Source of the DNA: Yuukianura sp. NJ FZ-2021
Taxonomy: Eukaryota
Length of the DNA: 64,000 bases
Assembly (NCBI GenBank): GCA_046563655.1
Contig: CM102283.1
Location: 3,534,001-3,598,000 of the forward strand
Reading direction: 5' to 3'
The first letter of the stretch is position 1; every line of letters begins with the position of its first letter. Made by a program: the position numbers and the translations under genes. A model generated the notes under the pieces. It was not told the origin of the DNA. It made no database searches and was given only the letters and a program-made list of their open reading frames with translations. Of the stretch, positions 61,704 through 64,000 are shown piece after piece.

Positions 61704-62354
61704 TTAAGAGTAGAATTTGTTGAACTTGAGAGTTAAGAGATTGATGAAGATTGATGCGAGGTCAAAGGTCAATGGGACGCAGTTTCCAATGGCAAAAACC
61801 CACCAGAAAGCGACAGAATCCCACTGCTCTAGTGTGAACATACACAGCAAAACGTTTGCAAGAAAATGGGCCAAGATTGCTGGAGGCAGAAAAAAATCGA
61901 AATTTTGAAAAGTGATAAATTTTGGTTTCGAGTATTTTTTTGAACTTACAGACAAGTGTGGTCAAACTGGAGAACATTGTAAGGCCACTACCAAAAGTCA
62001 GTAGTTCCAGGATTACAAATGCAAGACTGTAGAGAATCATTTTTCAAAATTTTGGAAATTAAAATTTGAAACATTTTTGAAATTTGTAAAAAAGAAAAAA
62101 AAGTTCACCTCAATGAAAGATCAACTGTAAATTGGTAGTCGATGTTCGAATAATCTTCTTTGCTGTACTCAAATGGAAGTGAGGCTAACACATTTTCTTT
62201 CTAGAACAATTTTTAAATTTTTAGAAATACTGGATTTTCAAAATTTTGAACAGACTTGGAAACTTACACCACTAGTCAAAAGTGTAGCGACCAAAATTAA
62301 GTGGACCATTAGCAGTAAGTAGCGTGTTAACACCAAACTTCCTGGATTCCCCAT
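61704..62354 (-). CDS. TMEM107: TMEM107 ciliary transition-zone membrane protein, 143 aa
   Basis: Exons 62354-62268, 62200-62109, 62026-61950, 61879-61704 give MGNPGSLVLTRYLLLMVHL...NVLASLP...ELLTFGSGLTMFS...SILAH...EQWD...WWVF. This is colinear with TMEM107 as I recall it and has four hydrophobic segments. Confidence 0.9.
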
Positions 62355-62543
62355 TTCCAAAGTACTTTCGAACAAATTTTTTCGCACTTTTTGAATAAAG
62401 GCTTTCTCACTTTTTGTTTTCGACCAATCAGCAGCAGCAGTACAGATTTCCAAATTCAAAAACTTTTCCTGTTTTTCGAAATTCAAATCGACTCGATATT
62501 GAAATTGTAAACAAAGTTTTGTTTTTATTTTCAATTTGAGTCT

Positions 62544-62557
62544 GTTGCCATGGTGAT
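62544..62557. promoter_or_regulatory. RFX X-box upstream of TMEM107
   Basis: GTTGCCATGGTGAT ~190 bp upstream of the ATG of a ciliary gene. Confidence 0.75.
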
Positions 62558-64000
62558 ATCGAACTAGCGTAGAAAATCCATAATTCCGGGACAGGAAGTC
62601 ATCAACTTCTGACCTTCGCAAGGTCTTGGAAGGCCTTCAAATATTTATTGAACATTTCTCAGAAATTTCCTTTTTCAAGGCTCTTTTCCAAAAAGTCTAC
62701 AAAATATTTTATAGACTTTGCATATTAAGGTTGAATTGATTTGACAAATTTAAACTTACTAGAACAATGCATCTAACTCAAAAAAATAATAACTTTTCTT
62801 TAAATAAACACTTTTATTGTGACCTCATTTTAATTGCAATTTTCAAAATTTAATTACAATTTTATTACACTTTTGTTCTCGTTTTTTGCACAGGAATGTT
62901 TTTAGAACTGCCAAATCGCAAATAGGGTTAGAAATTTTCAATTTTTTCTCAGAATTTGAAAAATCCCAAAACAATCTAATTTTTTTTGATAACCTAAATC
63001 TACTTCGCACGGGAGCAAAAACTATTGTTAAAAATTTGGTTTTAACTAACCAACTTTAGTTCAGAATTTGTGTAAATATTGACACAAAACTATGACATCA
63101 TGCCTATCACATCTGGATTTTGGAATGTCTCCAAAATATGTTTAATTGTCAACTGAAAAACTAGATTAACAAACTAACTTTTCAACATTAGTTTAACAAT
63201 AGTTAAATTGACAATAGTTCTAAAAAGTTTGTCCAAAACGTGAGTCACACTCATCTTCTTTCCTAAATTACCATTTTTCACACCTTTTCTCCAAATGTGT
63301 CGAGTCGATGTGTGAGGATGACGCAGACGCTGAATGCGTCTTTTAACTGAAACGCAACTAAAACTAATTAGTATACTTAAAAAAAGTTGTGTAAATCCGG
63401 TTTTGCCAATATTTTTCACTCATAAAGTTACTTTTTTATGGTTTTCAGATACTGAACTATTCAACAGCGAAATGGAGCTGAAACTTTTTTTTTTGAAATT
63501 TTACGATTTTAGCCGAAGGCTACAACTTTTTCTCGGAAGTTATTTGTTGTCACCTTAACATAAAGTTAGTCTCGGCCTAACCTGTTCTTGCACATGGGAT
63601 TTGAGCCCAGCGAAGCACTTACTGCCAGCACATTCGAGTCCAAACTCCCAAGCATTTTAAAGGGAGAGAGGCACAATCACCTGTAATCAACTCTCCACTT
63701 ACCTGTCCATACACATAGCAAAACCAACAAAAAACATTAGGTTTTTAAACCTAACAAAACTAACGTGGAAGAAGCAGGCGTCGTCCCCGTAAACTCATCG
63801 CAACGCCCAAACTCATCGTCCCCCGACTCTTCATCCAAGCATTTTCCTTTTGAACTTCTTTCTGGTATGTAGCAATCAAACGTTCAAATTCTTTTGTTAT
63901 AAACCTCCAACTACCTTAGTCTTTTTCAGTCTATTGTCCCTGTAGTTACTCCCTCCAACTCACTTTTCCAACAGAGTCACCGTCAACCTTGACGAATCCA

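Noticed and set aside
63580-63650. tRNA-Ser/SINE-like sequence on the minus strand
   Set aside because: Only a loose resemblance (ggactcgaa, gggctcaaatccc) and the stems do not pair convincingly.

Overview
AT-rich eukaryotic (animal, most likely arthropod) genomic DNA with spliceosomal introns. Most short ORFs in the supplied track are noise or exon fragments. By following splice sites and reading-frame phase I reconstructed 13 genes: (1) a ~17-kb CELF1/2 (Bruno-like) three-RRM gene; (2-5) four small secreted glycine-rich proteins, each with a 3-12 nt coding first exon, two of them a recent tandem duplicate; (6) an ADP-ribosylglycohydrolase (ARH/DraG family) with a long insertion; (7) an F-box protein; (8) a 127-aa unrecognised protein that needs a GC-AG intron; (9) a 766-aa MGNTKS-starting repeat/Cys-rich protein; (10) a divergent calcineurin B-like gene; (11) Smaug/SAMD4; (12) an ADP/ATP translocase nested antisense in a Smaug intron; (13) ciliary TMEM107 with an upstream RFX X-box. 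The most unusual items are the cationic Gly-rich peptide cluster, the calcineurin B paralogue (no myristoylation site, a PxIxIT-like motif in its own N-tail, an X-box-like site upstream), and the nested ANT with an RRRIMM variant signature and E2F/E-box/DRE elements. All family calls come from motif recognition; no database search was run. A springtail-like origin is only a guess.
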